Positions 38,112 through 48,726 are shown, counted from the first letter of the stretch. The stretch: 64,000 bases of DNA from Candidatus Moraniibacteriota bacterium (GCA_003507445.1 DNVR01000009.1:2485-66484), one strand, 5' to 3'. The notes: generated by a model not told the origin, from the letters alone. Translations and numbers: made by a program.

Positions 38112-41100
38112 TTAAATGACTCTCTCCACCTCCTCCAAACTTGTTTCTCCTTCGAGAACTTTAAGCATTCCGTCTTGCTCCATTGAGATCATCCCATTTT
38201 CCATTGCTTTGTCGCGAATTTGGGAAGATGAGGCGCTTTGAGTGATAAGCTCTTCGATGTCGCGATCAACCACCAACACTTCGCTGATTGTGGTTCGGCC
38301 TTTGTATCCGATATTATTACATTTGTCGCAACCCTTGGCTTCAAAAACTTTTTCTATATTTGGAACTTCAATGCCAGATTTTTCAGAAACGTTTCCTAAT
38401 ATTTTTTTCATTTTTGAAATTTCGCCTATAGTCAAATGTCTCTCGGTTTTGCAATCACAGAGCTTGCGCACAAGTCTTTGCGCCATCAGAGCGTTAACAG
38501 CTGTTGCAAGATCATCTGAGCGCACTCCCATATTGACCAAGCGCTGAACTCCGCCTGCTGCATCGTTTGTATGAAGCGTTGAAAGAATTGAATGTCCTGT
38601 TAGAGCTGCTTGAATGGCAATGTTGGCTGTTTCTTCATCGCGAATTTCGCCAATCATCATAATGTCAGGATTTTGACGAAGAAGTGCTCGCAGCGCTGTT
38701 GGAAAAGTGTATCCTTCTTTATCATCAACAGAGGTCTGCAAAATTCCATCCAACTGATATTCAATCGGATCTTCAACTGTAATAATTTTCACTTCAGGAT
38801 TATTAAGAACTTTCAGTGCACTATACAAAGTTGTGGTTTTTCCGCTTCCCGTTGGTCCAGTTGTCAAAAAGACACCATTTGGCTTTTTAATTTCACTAAT
38901 AATTTTTTCCAAATTTTGTTTCCTGATTCCCAATTTTTCCAAATCAAGAGCAATTGATGATTTGTTCAAAAGCCTCATCACCACAGTTTCGCCATAGCCG
39001 CCCAAGATTATCGAAACACGCACATCAACTTTCGTGTCTGTGATATTTCCAAATGGTTTGTCCAAAGAAATTGAAAAACGAGAATCCATAACACCGCCGC
39101 GCACTTCCGTTGAAAAACCACTCAAAAATTTGATGCTGCCCAATAAGCTTGGATATTCATTAAGCGGAATTTCTGCAATTGTTTGAAGGATTCCATCCAT
39201 ACGATAACGAATTTTCACACTTTTTTCTTCCGGTTCAATGTGAATATCCCCCACATTTAAAAGTAAGCTGCTAGCAAAAATATATTTGGCAGAGCTTTTT
39301 TGATTTGATTTTTCAATTAAATTTTTGAGCGATTCCACCGGCTCCAAATTTTGTGAAACCAAAAGCATATCCTCCTCGGTAATATCAATTGCTCGCGACA
39401 TCGATTGTGACATCAATTTTTCATATATTTCCTCCAAAAACTCCGTTTGTCCTGTTGCGCGCCAAACTTCCTCCATTGAAGTTAATCCTTCAATAGCTTT
39501 TAAAATACCGTCTTGCGCCATCGTGATCATCCCATCTTCCAACGCAGTTTGGGCAATTTCTCGTTCTCCGCCCATTTCCAAAATCAATTTTTCGATGTTT
39601 TCACTAATAGTAAGAACTTCAAAAATTCCAATTCGCCCCTTAAATCCAAGTCCGTGACATTTGTCGCAACCAACTGGACGATACAATTTTTCAATAGTCT
39701 TAGGAATTTCAAGTTTTGCCTTAGGAGAAATAATCGACAAGATTTTTTTAACACTGTCAGAAGTTTCTCGCGCTGGAACATATTCCTCTTTGCAATGTTG
39801 GCAAAGTTTTCGCACAAGACGTTGTGCAATAAAACAATTTACTGATGGTGCTATCAAATTTGGTTTAACACCAAGTTCAATAAAACGCGGAATGGAAGCA
39901 GGTGCATTATTGGTGTGCAGTGTGGAAAGCACAAGATGTCCTGTAAGCGCAGCATTAACTGAAATGTCTGCCGTTTCATCATCGCGAATTTCGCCAACCA
40001 AAATAACATCAGGATCTTGACGCACCACTGCGCGAAGGCCTTCTGCAAATGTATAATTGCGATCCTTGGCAACTTGTGTTTGAGAAATGTTTTTTACTTC
40101 ATATTCAATCGGATCTTCAATCGTAATAATCTTAACACCAGCAACATTAAGCTTGTTTACCAAGGCATACAGCGTGGTTGTTTTTCCTGAGCCAGTCGGC
40201 CCAGTTGTTAAAATCATTCCGTGAGGTTTGGCAATTTCTCTTTGCACATTTTCATATGCCAAGCCACGCAAACCCAAATCCTCAACCGAGAGCAAAATAT
40301 CAGCTTGACTTAAAAGCCTCATTACCACTGATTCTCCGTGACTTCCAGGAATAATATTCGTCCTGACATTTATTTTTCCATTTTCCATATCAATGGAAAA
40401 ATGACCATCTTGTGCAATGTCACGAATGTTTATTTTCATTTTCCCCATCATCTTGATGCGAGACAAAATGAAATGATATGTGTCATTTGGAAATCTTCCA
40501 ACATCTTGCAAAATTCCATCAATACGAAAACGCATTCTAACCTCTTCTTCTTGCGGTTCAAAGTGAATATCACTGGCTTTCATTTTCACGGCGCCAGCCA
40601 TAATGATTGAAATGATTTGAGTGGTTGGAATTTCACGAATACGCTTTTTCAAATCAAGCATACTGCCAAATTCTTTCTCAAATTTTTCCAAATCCTCGCC
40701 ACTAAGAGTGATTTGCATCGCCTCCAAATTTTCCAAAAGCGGAATGTCGGCATATCTCTTCCAAATTTTTTCCAGAGAAGCATTTGAAATCACATACAAA
40801 TGAATCGTCCAACCATTTTCATTTTTAAGGCTTTCAATTTGATCGAGAGTTTTTTTGTTTGCTGGATCAACAAGACCCATTCGTAATTCCTTGCCAGCTT
40901 TTTGAAACACGCAAATTTGAAATTCGCGCGATTGTTCCTCACTGATTGTGCGCATATCCTCCGCACCAACAGGAAAAATATTCAAATCAACATAGGAAAG
41001 ATCATATTCGCTCGCCAACTGTGCTGCTCGTTCTTCTTCAGACTCTCCTCGCATATGTTGAAGAAGCTTGCCCGCCTGCTCATCCTTGTCAGTATTGTGA

Positions 41101-41129
41101 ATCAATTGTTTATGCGAAACTTTTACCAT
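38112..41129 (-). CDS. pilB: Tandem-duplicated type II/IV secretion ATPase (two complete PilB/GspE modules in one 1005-aa protein)
   Basis: Two Walker A sites (TTGPTGSGKTTTLYA at both ~aa 310 and ~aa 760), two Asp/His boxes, two tetracysteine motifs (CQHCK...CDKCHGLG; CDCKTE...CDKCNNIG). Confidence 0.85.
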   Translation of the reverse strand: MVKVSHKQLIHNTDKDEQAGKLLQHMRGESEEERAAQLASEYDLSYVDLNIFPVGAEDMRTISEEQSREFQICVFQKAGKELRMGLVDPANKKTLDQIESLKNENGWTIHLYVISNASLEKIWKRYADIPLLENLEAMQITLSGEDLEKFEKEFGSMLDLKKRIREIPTTQIISIIMAGAVKMKASDIHFEPQEEEVRMRFRIDGILQDVGRFPNDTYHFILSRIKMMGKMKINIRDIAQDGHFSIDMENGKINVRTNIIPGSHGESVVMRLLSQADILLSVEDLGLRGLAYENVQREIAKPHGMILTTGPTGSGKTTTLYALVNKLNVAGVKIITIEDPIEYEVKNISQTQVAKDRNYTFAEGLRAVVRQDPDVILVGEIRDDETADISVNAALTGHLVLSTLHTNNAPASIPRFIELGVKPNLIAPSVNCFIAQRLVRKLCQHCKEEYVPARETSDSVKKILSIISPKAKLEIPKTIEKLYRPVGCDKCHGLGFKGRIGIFEVLTISENIEKLILEMGGEREIAQTALEDGMITMAQDGILKAIEGLTSMEEVWRATGQTEFLEEIYEKLMSQSMSRAIDITEEDMLLVSQNLEPVESLKNLIEKSNQKSSAKYIFASSLLLNVGDIHIEPEEKSVKIRYRMDGILQTIAEIPLNEYPSLLGSIKFLSGFSTEVRGGVMDSRFSISLDKPFGNITDTKVDVRVSIILGGYGETVVMRLLNKSSIALDLEKLGIRKQNLEKIISEIKKPNGVFLTTGPTGSGKTTTLYSALKVLNNPEVKIITVEDPIEYQLDGILQTSVDDKEGYTFPTALRALLRQNPDIMMIGEIRDEETANIAIQAALTGHSILSTLHTNDAAGGVQRLVNMGVRSDDLATAVNALMAQRLVRKLCDCKTERHLTIGEISKMKKILGNVSEKSGIEVPNIEKVFEAKGCDKCNNIGYKGRTTISEVLVVDRDIEELITQSASSSQIRDKAMENGMISMEQDGMLKVLEGETSLEEVERVI

Positions 41130-41300
41130 ACTAGGTCATATAACATGAAACATATAGTATGTAACATGAATACAAAAAATTTGTTTTTGTTTTTTAAATC
41201 GATAATTTATTAATCTTATTATACCCCAAAAATGCTTTCCGAGCAAAAGAAAAACGACCAGTAAGAACTGCTCGCTTAGTTATTATCAAAAATTTCATTT

Positions 41301-42440
41301 TTATAAAACCAACCCTGTGCGGAGTTTTTCGACGATGTGTTGTCCTGCTTCGGTGGTGTCTCCTGATTGAAGTGAAAATTCGCAAACATCTCCGATTGCT
41401 TTGGCTTCAAGAATTTCGGCAACTTTTTTCAGCTGATCACTATTAATACATTTAATCACACCGCGCACTTGCCCTGGTGTTTCATTATAAAGCACCATAA
41501 AAATTTTGCCGGCAGAATAATTTTCTTTAATTTTATCCAAAATAAAAGGCACATCACTTGGTTTTGAGCGGCTCTGCACAAAATCCTCCAAAAACACGGG
41601 TGCCCAAGCCAATGAAATTTCATCTTCCCAATACAATCGTGCCATCACACGACCCCAAAGCTTCAAAAGATGAAGCGGCTGTGTCTTATAAAGATATCGA
41701 ATAATTTTTTGTTGATCAGCTCCCTTTGTCATTAGCATCGCACCAATTTGCAATGACTTTGGCGAAGTGTTTTTCTTTTGAAAACTGTTAGTTGCATCAA
41801 TAATTCCAGTGAGCAAACTTTCCGCCATCGTTTCATCAATACTTTTTTCATTTATTTTAGAAAACAAATCAGCCACCACTTCAGATGTTGAAGATGCAGT
41901 AATATCAACAATGTTTACTTGTCCAAAATTATCATTCTCTGTGTGATGATCAATATTAACAACAGGAACTTCATAAAAAATATCGGGATTTTCTTCGTAC
42001 ACTTTTCCAAGTGATTCTTTGTCGGGACTGCCAAGAACGATTACTAAATCATATTTAAACTTTGCAGGAATAAAAGAAAAATCACGAGGATCAATTGAGC
42101 CCTTTTCCGGAGTAATAAAAATGCGCAATTCATCTTCAACTCTTTCCGTGCGCACATTGGTAATTTTGTTAAACTTTGTGTTAAATGCCAACACAAAATC
42201 TCTTGCGCCCGCCAATGAATCCATCAAATCTTCCGGCTTTGTCAAAAATGAAAAACGCTGCAAATAATTTTCATCACTTGGAACGACAACTGTTGCTTCG
42301 ATATTATTTTTTTTCAAAAAGAAATATGTTGCCCACGCACTGCCAACCGCGTCGCCAGAAAAATCCTGCGCCATAAAAATAAGCGTATGCTTGGTATTTT
42401 TCAAAACATTATCAAATTGTTGCGCAAGATCTAAACTCAT
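41301..42440 (-). CDS. nrnA: DHH-DHHA1 phosphoesterase, NrnA-like (nanoRNase/pAp phosphatase)
   Basis: DHH motif NIDHHTENDNFG; DHHA1-like C-terminus; start codon abuts AACCTAA heptamer array. Confidence 0.75.
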   Translation of the reverse strand: MSLDLAQQFDNVLKNTKHTLIFMAQDFSGDAVGSAWATYFFLKKNNIEATVVVPSDENYLQRFSFLTKPEDLMDSLAGARDFVLAFNTKFNKITNVRTERVEDELRIFITPEKGSIDPRDFSFIPAKFKYDLVIVLGSPDKESLGKVYEENPDIFYEVPVVNIDHHTENDNFGQVNIVDITASSTSEVVADLFSKINEKSIDETMAESLLTGIIDATNSFQKKNTSPKSLQIGAMLMTKGADQQKIIRYLYKTQPLHLLKLWGRVMARLYWEDEISLAWAPVFLEDFVQSRSKPSDVPFILDKIKENYSAGKIFMVLYNETPGQVRGVIKCINSDQLKKVAEILEAKAIGDVCEFSLQSGDTTEAGQHIVEKLRTGLVL

Positions 42441-42443
42441 ATC

Positions 42444-42480
42444 GTTTCAGGTTTTAGGTTCCAGGTTTTAGGTTTTAGGT
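42444..42480. repeat. Tandem heptamer array (AGGTTTT x5; = AACCTAA on minus) immediately 5' of nrnA start
   Basis: caggttttaggttccaggttttaggttttaggttttag; same unit in opposite orientation at 38085-38105. Confidence 0.8.
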
Positions 42481-42713
42481 TTTAGTCTTATTAAGTTTTT
42501 ACTTTATGAACTTTACAACTTTTAACTTTACAACTTTTAACTGTTTAGCTAAGTAATATAAAGTAGCAGGCATTTTGAGTAATGTCAATAAAATGCTTGA
42601 CAATAAGCCACTTTGGGTGTATAATTATCTATTACGGTTGAAGTTCTTTCCAACAAAAAACTACAAGAAGCAGGTTATTTTTTCTGGCGCAAAGACGCCG
42701 AAAGGGGTGGACC

Positions 42714-43007
42714 ATGAAAAGGAAATTAATTTTTCTAACAATCATTGTTATGTTTACCTGCTCTGGATGTGGAACAATGGCCGGAGCGCTAATTGGGGCA
42801 GCTGTGGGTGGACGTGGTGGTGCTGGCAAGGGAGCGTTGATAGGGGCAGCAGTAGACGTGCTTTCTCTAGGGCAACAACCTATTTATCAAAATTATAATT
42901 ACAGCCCAGGACCAACATACTACGAACCTTTCTACCGAGCACCAGTTTGTTATTCAAGGCCCTGGTGTGATGTATGGGGCTGTAGAATGATAACGCTCTG
43001 CCAATAA
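42714..43007 (+). CDS. Small secreted/lipoprotein-like glycine-zipper protein (97 aa)
   Basis: Signal-like N-terminus with Cys (FTCSGCG); GALIGAAVGG...GALIGAAV glycine zipper; Cys-rich tail. Confidence 0.5.
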   Translation: MKRKLIFLTIIVMFTCSGCGTMAGALIGAAVGGRGGAGKGALIGAAVDVLSLGQQPIYQNYNYSPGPTYYEPFYRAPVCYSRPWCDVWGCRMITLCQ

Positions 43008-43010
43008 TCA

Positions 43011-43059
43011 GAAGGGCAGCTCGACATTCGTCGACCTGCCCTCTATTTTTGCTTTTTTC
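43011..43059 (+). terminator. Rho-independent terminator (AGGGCAG...CTGCCCT + T-rich tail)
   Basis: gAAGGGCAGctcgacattcgtcgacCTGCCCTctatttttgctttttt. Confidence 0.55.
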
Positions 43060-43097
43060 TTTACTAATCTAAATTTTTGCTCTATGTTTTATGTTAT

Positions 43098-43586
43098 ATG
43101 TTGTATGAATACATAACACAATCATCACTTCAAACTAAAAAACTCGGCTCATTATTAGCTGAGGAACTTCGCGGTGGTGAAATCATTTGCCTTTCGGGAG
43201 ATCTTGGAGCAGGCAAAACAACTTTTACTCAAGGATTATTAAAAGGTTTGAAAATTAAAGGGCCATACACAAGCCCTACTTTTTCTATAATGAAACATTA
43301 TGTTAATAGAGCACGTAACATAAAACATGGAACAAAAAAAATGCTGCTCCATGATCCATGCTCCATGATCCATGACATTTACCATATCGATGCTTATAGA
43401 ATAACTTCCAAAGATTTGCTTGAGCTTGGCTTTGGAGATTTTGCTGGCAAGAAAAATTCCATCACTATCATTGAATGGCCAGAGAAAGTAAAGAAACTAA
43501 TTCCTACCAATGCGCTATGGATTAATTTCCAGTGGCTCAGTGAGAAAGAAAGAACAATAACCATCTCAACAAAAAAAGAGCGCTAA
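43098..43586 (+). CDS. tsaE: tRNA t6A37 threonylcarbamoyladenosine biosynthesis protein TsaE
   Basis: LSGDLGAGKTTF P-loop, SPTFSIM; in-frame repeat insert (CTCCATG/ATCCATG x4 at 43344-43373); start region overlaps an ATGTTAT heptamer array. Confidence 0.8.
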   Translation: MLYEYITQSSLQTKKLGSLLAEELRGGEIICLSGDLGAGKTTFTQGLLKGLKIKGPYTSPTFSIMKHYVNRARNIKHGTKKMLLHDPCSMIHDIYHIDAYRITSKDLLELGFGDFAGKKNSITIIEWPEKVKKLIPTNALWINFQWLSEKERTITISTKKER

Positions 43587-43589
43587 GCT

Positions 43590-43630
43590 CTTTTTTAGTA
43601 TTTAGTATTTGGTATTTAGTATTTGCATTT
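43590..43630. repeat. Tandem heptamer array (TAGTATT/TGGTATT x5), intergenic
   Basis: ttttagtatttagtatttggtatttagtatttgcattt; related arrays at 10446-10520 and 29681-29715. Confidence 0.8.
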
Positions 43631-43664
43631 TTGTTGTTGGTTGTAAGTTGAAGGTTGTTAGTTT

Positions 43665-44708
43665 TTAGTTGACTTCAATATCAATATGCCGCACTTCTGG
43701 TATTTCAGATTTAATCTTTTCCTCCACATCGTCAATCAGGGTTCCAATCATACGCGGCACACGATCAGCATAATCAACACAAAAGCGTAGGAATTCATTA
43801 TACTCTCCATCAATTTTTTCAAATTCAGTTTTAAGTGCGTTTTCACGATACATCTTACGCATCAAAGCTGACCCGTTTATTTCCACTTCACACTTCACAC
43901 GATATTTTCCGATATCAATAATAACCGACTTGAAATCCAAAACTTTTTCAATTGCAGGATCAGCTTCCAAAATTTCAATGACTCTTTCTTCAACTTCTTT
44001 TGGAATAGATTTTCGAATCAAAAATCCACGATTAATATTTATCAAAACTATTGCCATCGCGCCCAACATTATTGCAATTATAATTGAGCCTATGGAATCC
44101 CAATATGTGTTGCCAGTATATTTTGTTAACAAAATACTAAAAAATGCAACGCTGACACCAAGCACTGCGGTGAAATCTTCCAGCAAAACTGCAATTGTTG
44201 CTGGATCTCCATATTTAAAAATATTAGTCCATTTTCCATTTTTCTTATGAGCACGCAATTCGCGATATGCAATAAGAAATGTTCCGGCTTCAATTACAAA
44301 AGAAATTGCCAAAATCACAAAAGCAATCGAACTGATATGCATTTGTTCTTTGTGCAAAAAACCCATTAAGCCATGATACAAAGTGATACCTGCGCCCAAA
44401 AAGAAAATACTGCAAGCACTTATCAGCGCCCAAAAAAATCTCTCGTTACCATAACCATAATGGAAGCCCTTGTCAGAAGGTTTCTGTGAGCGCTTGATTC
44501 CAATCATCAACAAAATTTGATTGAAGACATCAGCCACACTATGAATTGCTTCCGAAAAAAGCGCGCCCGAACCCGTCATAAAAAAACCAATCCACTTTAA
44601 GACCATAATAAAAACATTTCCAGTCAATGCTGCAAATACCGGCAAAAATCCATGTGAGTTTTCTGTATTCATAAATGTTATTATACCATTATCCAGATGG
44701 CTTGACAA
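43665..44708 (-). CDS. Cation diffusion facilitator (CDF) family metal efflux transporter
   Basis: 6 TM helices with HSVAD / H..D metal-binding motifs, C-terminal cytoplasmic domain; alternative start 44672. Confidence 0.85.
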   Translation of the reverse strand: MSSHLDNGIITFMNTENSHGFLPVFAALTGNVFIMVLKWIGFFMTGSGALFSEAIHSVADVFNQILLMIGIKRSQKPSDKGFHYGYGNERFFWALISACSIFFLGAGITLYHGLMGFLHKEQMHISSIAFVILAISFVIEAGTFLIAYRELRAHKKNGKWTNIFKYGDPATIAVLLEDFTAVLGVSVAFFSILLTKYTGNTYWDSIGSIIIAIMLGAMAIVLININRGFLIRKSIPKEVEERVIEILEADPAIEKVLDFKSVIIDIGKYRVKCEVEINGSALMRKMYRENALKTEFEKIDGEYNEFLRFCVDYADRVPRMIGTLIDDVEEKIKSEIPEVRHIDIEVN

Positions 44709-44801
44709 GAATTCAAAACCGTGCTATATTTCAAGTCCTCTTTAACAACAATATATTCTAATTTCTCTCACAAAAAAATACTACCAGAAAGGAGTTTTCT
44801 A

Positions 44802-44966
44802 ATGAACCCCCCGGTCGTACCACAAAAAACTGACGAACCGAAAAACATGGACGAGTTAGTTTTTAGGCTTTTATGCCAGCAGGGTGGCAAAGACTATGCA
44901 TTAAGCATAATGCGCATAGTCAATGGAATACGCAGAGCAAGGGAGATGAAGAGCATGCAAAGTTAA
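44802..44966 (+). CDS. Small hypothetical protein (54 aa)
   Basis: RBS AAAGGAG 8 nt upstream of ATG 44802. Confidence 0.4.
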   Translation: MNPPVVPQKTDEPKNMDELVFRLLCQQGGKDYALSIMRIVNGIRRAREMKSMQS

Positions 44967-45883
44967 ACAAACTTTGCTATATATTCAAACACCTTATCTT
45001 GTAAAGCCTTCTTCTCGAATCCGTTCGAGCGAAGGCTTTTTTTATCTTCATATAATTGATCAAACAATCTTTGATAATAATCCATCTTTTTTGTCGCATA
45101 ACCGTCTTCTCCATTATTTATTATAGAAGAACCATAATAAACATCTGCTTGCGTCAAAAGCTCCTTAATAAACATTGACTGACCTTCGTGTTTTTCCAAT
45201 ATTTCCATTCCAGTATTTTTTTGTTTTGCGAGGCTCTCACAAAGCATGTTCAGTGTTTCTTTATCAATTCCAGCAAAAAAAACAGGAACATCATCTATTT
45301 TACCCTTAGTATCATCTATTTTTGATTTAAAATATTTAACACTAAAAAATTTTCCGCTTTTAACAGCATCCAAACATTTTGATTTCTTTTTGTTAAGCGT
45401 GTCGTAATTAATAGCAGTTGTAAGATCCACACCAATTCTCGTAACTGATCCGTCGGCATTTGAAAATTCCAACACCACATCGCAGTGCGCACCACTAGCG
45501 ATTTTGTCATCAAATTCACTCAATTGAACAACCTTAACACCTTCACCAAACCAATTATACTTTTCAACCAAATCAGTAAACATATTTTCCAATACAACAC
45601 TCTCCTTAGTTGGCTCCTTATAGTCTTTTCCCTTTTTAATATACTCAACCCTTTCTCTATCTTTTTTTATTTCTTCCACAGGATAAACATCGCCAAATTC
45701 CTCCATATTAAGCTTTTCATCTCTCTTAAGGTACATATCAAAAATTCCTTCGGCCGTTGCAATACTCGTTCTTCTTATTTTTTCTTCAGTTGTTACTGCC
45801 CTTGATGCTCCCATTATTGGTTCCTCTTTTTTTATAGCAGGATTTTCAACTGGATTGGGCGCACTATTTTCAAAAATATTCAT
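44963..45883 (-). CDS. Hypothetical protein (306 aa)
   Basis: ORF only; Lys/Glu-rich; no motif recognised. Confidence 0.45.
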   Translation of the reverse strand: MNIFENSAPNPVENPAIKKEEPIMGASRAVTTEEKIRRTSIATAEGIFDMYLKRDEKLNMEEFGDVYPVEEIKKDRERVEYIKKGKDYKEPTKESVVLENMFTDLVEKYNWFGEGVKVVQLSEFDDKIASGAHCDVVLEFSNADGSVTRIGVDLTTAINYDTLNKKKSKCLDAVKSGKFFSVKYFKSKIDDTKGKIDDVPVFFAGIDKETLNMLCESLAKQKNTGMEILEKHEGQSMFIKELLTQADVYYGSSIINNGEDGYATKKMDYYQRLFDQLYEDKKSLRSNGFEKKALQDKVFEYIAKFV

Positions 45884-46319
45884 ATTTTATCGCTTAATTA
45901 TTGTTTATTCATTATATCACGCTGTTTTTATATACACAAAAATGAAAAAGGACTCATATTTATGGTCCTTTTTTCGAGGTTATCTTAACCTCCTTTGCTT
46001 TTATTTCATGGCGCATCATTGATGCGGCAAGTCTGATTTTTGTTTTTTCGTCAGAAAATCAGAAAACATCTTGAAAATCATTACTTCCCAGCTTTAGCCT
46101 GATTGGCTTCTGCTTGAGAAAAATAGACGATTCCATCGACGATGTAATATTGTTTTGCCACTGTGCATCACCCCCTTTCTTGAACATATCAGAAAGGGCG
46201 ACAACGAAATCAGGGCGACTGCATCCGACAAAATACTACCTAGCACAATTATGCGCCAACGTTGATTTTTGTCAATAAAAAAGAGCACATACAACCACGT
46301 ATGCGCTCAATAACCAACA

Positions 46320-46529
46320 TCACATTATAATCCTCTCTCCTCGGAGAATTTTTACTATCTCTCGAGGATCTGTAACGTTTTTCAAGTTTTCCCCGGCCTT
46401 ACGACCAGGGAAGTCCATGGCGATTGTCGGGGGCGATACACCCCTCCAATATGACGCCACCATGGACTTACCACTGACACCTACCACGCATGATTGCGTG
46501 GTAGAAAATATCTCAAAAATCGTTTTCAT
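46320..46529 (-). pseudogene. Possible truncated paralog of the 46847-47821 lipoprotein gene (shares 5' leader, RBS and N-terminal signal-like segment)
   Basis: 69-aa ORF MKTIFEIFSTTQSCVVGVSG... vs MKINFTLAGVSGIQLASC...; conserved upstream leader with hairpin and AAAGGAG RBS. Confidence 0.3.
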
Positions 46530-46846
46530 TTTTGATCTCCTTTTGCCTGCCTGTGATTCCTCATCAGGACTTACAGCATCTATTGAAGTTTAACTACCCA
46601 CCAATATTTTCATAAAAAATATAAAGGGTAGTCAAACTGCGGAGAAAATTTTTTCAAAGAACAAAACTTTCTATCTGAATCCACATTTTTCAAAATATGA
46701 ATTCAGAAAAAAGTGGGAGCGAGCGACCAAGCAACGCTCCCAATTAACCTACAAACCTTTTTGCTTTTGTCTGGGTTCTCCTTGCAGCGGTTTCTATTTC
46801 CGCACCAGACACCATTACTCACACAAGAGATTGTGTAAGACTACAT

Positions 46847-47821
46847 TTACTTCCAGCACCAGTTCGTTTCCGAAGCTGGCGCATTACAACGGTCGCCAGC
46901 AAAATGCATCAGCATTTTTTTACTGGCGCCATAGGAGATGTACGTAATTTTTTCATTACAACCGCTCCTATCAATTGTAATGGTGAAGTTGGCGGCGCTC
47001 TGTCCACTATCGCTCATGGAAAGAACATATTCCCCGAGAATGCGAGCATTCTCATCAGTGAGAACCGCTTTAGCAGCCTCATCGAAGTGCTGTACTTTCT
47101 GAGCTAGGTGGGCAATGGCACCCATTACCTCAGCGTGTACCCACTGTCGCGGGTACTGAAGCTGGTGATTGAAATGTTCCACCAGATTCATTTTTACCTC
47201 CTCCTTTTTGGAAAAGGAAGTGAGGGCGAGGTGCTGCGCCGCGATGACAACCACGGCGTAGCTTTTTTCGGGAAAGATCTTTGCCAGCTCTTCCTCAGCA
47301 ACCTTCTGATACTCTTCCGACGGCGCCCAACCGCCAGAGAAGCTGCCCGAGAAGTATTTCTCCGGTTGCCCGGAAAAAATAATAGCGGCCGCCTTCGTTG
47401 CATCCCAGCCGTTTCCAGCCGGGAGATTCTTTTCTTCTTTGAGGTTCCAGATCTTGGCCTCAAAGTTTTTCTTAATCTCGTTATATTCTTCTATTGCTAG
47501 ATTTCCCTCAAAAGAACCATAGGTTCCCTCAACGGAAATGATCTGCACTTCCCCTTTCAGTGCGAAAGGAAGGAGTTCCTGGCACTGGAAACCATTGAGA
47601 GCGCCATCGTACTGCACTGTGGCATTCTCGGAAGATGACGGGTTCATAATCGCGTACTTGAACCCACTCCATGCGGTAATCCACATGGTGCCGTCTTCCG
47701 ACAAGGTTGCGGAAGAATTGAAATCCTCCTCAAACCCTATCCCTTCCTGCCCGATTGCTTCCTGAAAACAGGAGGCTAATTGGATTCCAGAAACACCTGC
47801 TAATGTGAAATTGATTTTCAT
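46847..47821 (-). CDS. Hypothetical lipoprotein (324 aa), GC-richer than genome background
   Basis: Signal peptide with lipobox LASC; RBS AAGGAG 8 nt upstream; 5' leader contains perfect hairpin CCTGATTCCGCttagGCGGAATCAGG. Confidence 0.55.
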   Translation of the reverse strand: MKINFTLAGVSGIQLASCFQEAIGQEGIGFEEDFNSSATLSEDGTMWITAWSGFKYAIMNPSSSENATVQYDGALNGFQCQELLPFALKGEVQIISVEGTYGSFEGNLAIEEYNEIKKNFEAKIWNLKEEKNLPAGNGWDATKAAAIIFSGQPEKYFSGSFSGGWAPSEEYQKVAEEELAKIFPEKSYAVVVIAAQHLALTSFSKKEEVKMNLVEHFNHQLQYPRQWVHAEVMGAIAHLAQKVQHFDEAAKAVLTDENARILGEYVLSMSDSGQSAANFTITIDRSGCNEKITYISYGASKKMLMHFAGDRCNAPASETNWCWK

Positions 47822-48692
47822 TGTAAGCTCCTTTGCCTACCTGTTCCGCTTAGCGGAATCAGGATTTATGGCATCTTTGTGTGAAGTTTGACTGCTCAAT
47901 AAAATTTTCATTCAATAAAAATTCAAAGAGCAGCCAAACTTCTTTTCATCATTCACATATTTATGTGAAAGTGATTTTCAAACTATTCAGTTTTTAAAGA
48001 TCAACATTCTTTCCTGTCTCTCAAAAAGAAAGAAATGTTCCCGTGGATTTTTCATTTCGCCATTTGGCTAATAAAAAAATTTCCTCCACAACTGCGTAAA
48101 TGATAGGCAGATACTTTTTTGGATGAGAGAGACTTTATCCAAGAGCAAAGCATTTGCCGAAAAATCATTTACACAGTCGTAAAGAAAATTTGGGTTGGCG
48201 AAGGATTTCTCTCTCAGAACCCTTCGCCTATTGTTTCATATAATTTTGTATAATGTACTTGTCCTTTCGAATGTTATCGTAAGGAGTGTAGTAGAAGCGT
48301 TCCTATCTTTTTTGAGAAGATTCTCTCGGGAACACTTCTACCTTCACTCATTGCGAAGATGTAGAAACGTAACGAACCTTACCGTAGGACTGTCTCCCTC
48401 TCTTTTTAGTCCTACAACTTGGTTACTGTTTGCTAGGATCTGGTTAGTGATCCCCCTTGCCTACTTAGAGTGAATGTCGCGTTGCGACTTCGGCAGTTGT
48501 ACATCTTTTAATTGACTAAAGGTACTTGTTAAGTGAGTCCCGTTTGGGTAATTCATCTTAACAAGCAAGTATACACCCAAATAGACTAATTGTCAATACT
48601 AACAGTGTCATAATATTCAATTTGTACATAATATGGCTTACATAATTGCAGTATTTGGCTTATTATTGCAAGCATAGTGTCATATTGTATAT

Positions 48693-48720
48693 TGACAATT
48701 ATCATTCAATCTGCTATACT
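48693..48720 (+). promoter_or_regulatory. Sigma-70-like promoter (TTGACA-16-TATACT) giving a leaderless or near-leaderless mRNA
   Basis: ATG 48727 lies 6 nt after the -10 hexamer; upstream direct repeats (AGTGTCATA..., TGGCTTAYWATTGCA) may be operators. Confidence 0.4.
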
Positions 48721-48726
48721 TAGAGT

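Noticed and set aside
44995-45045. Hairpin AAGCCTTC...GAAGGCTT + T7 as terminator of the 44802-44966 small ORF
   Set aside because: It lies within the C-terminal coding region of the convergent 44963-45883 gene; may still act on the plus strand but cannot be called confidently.
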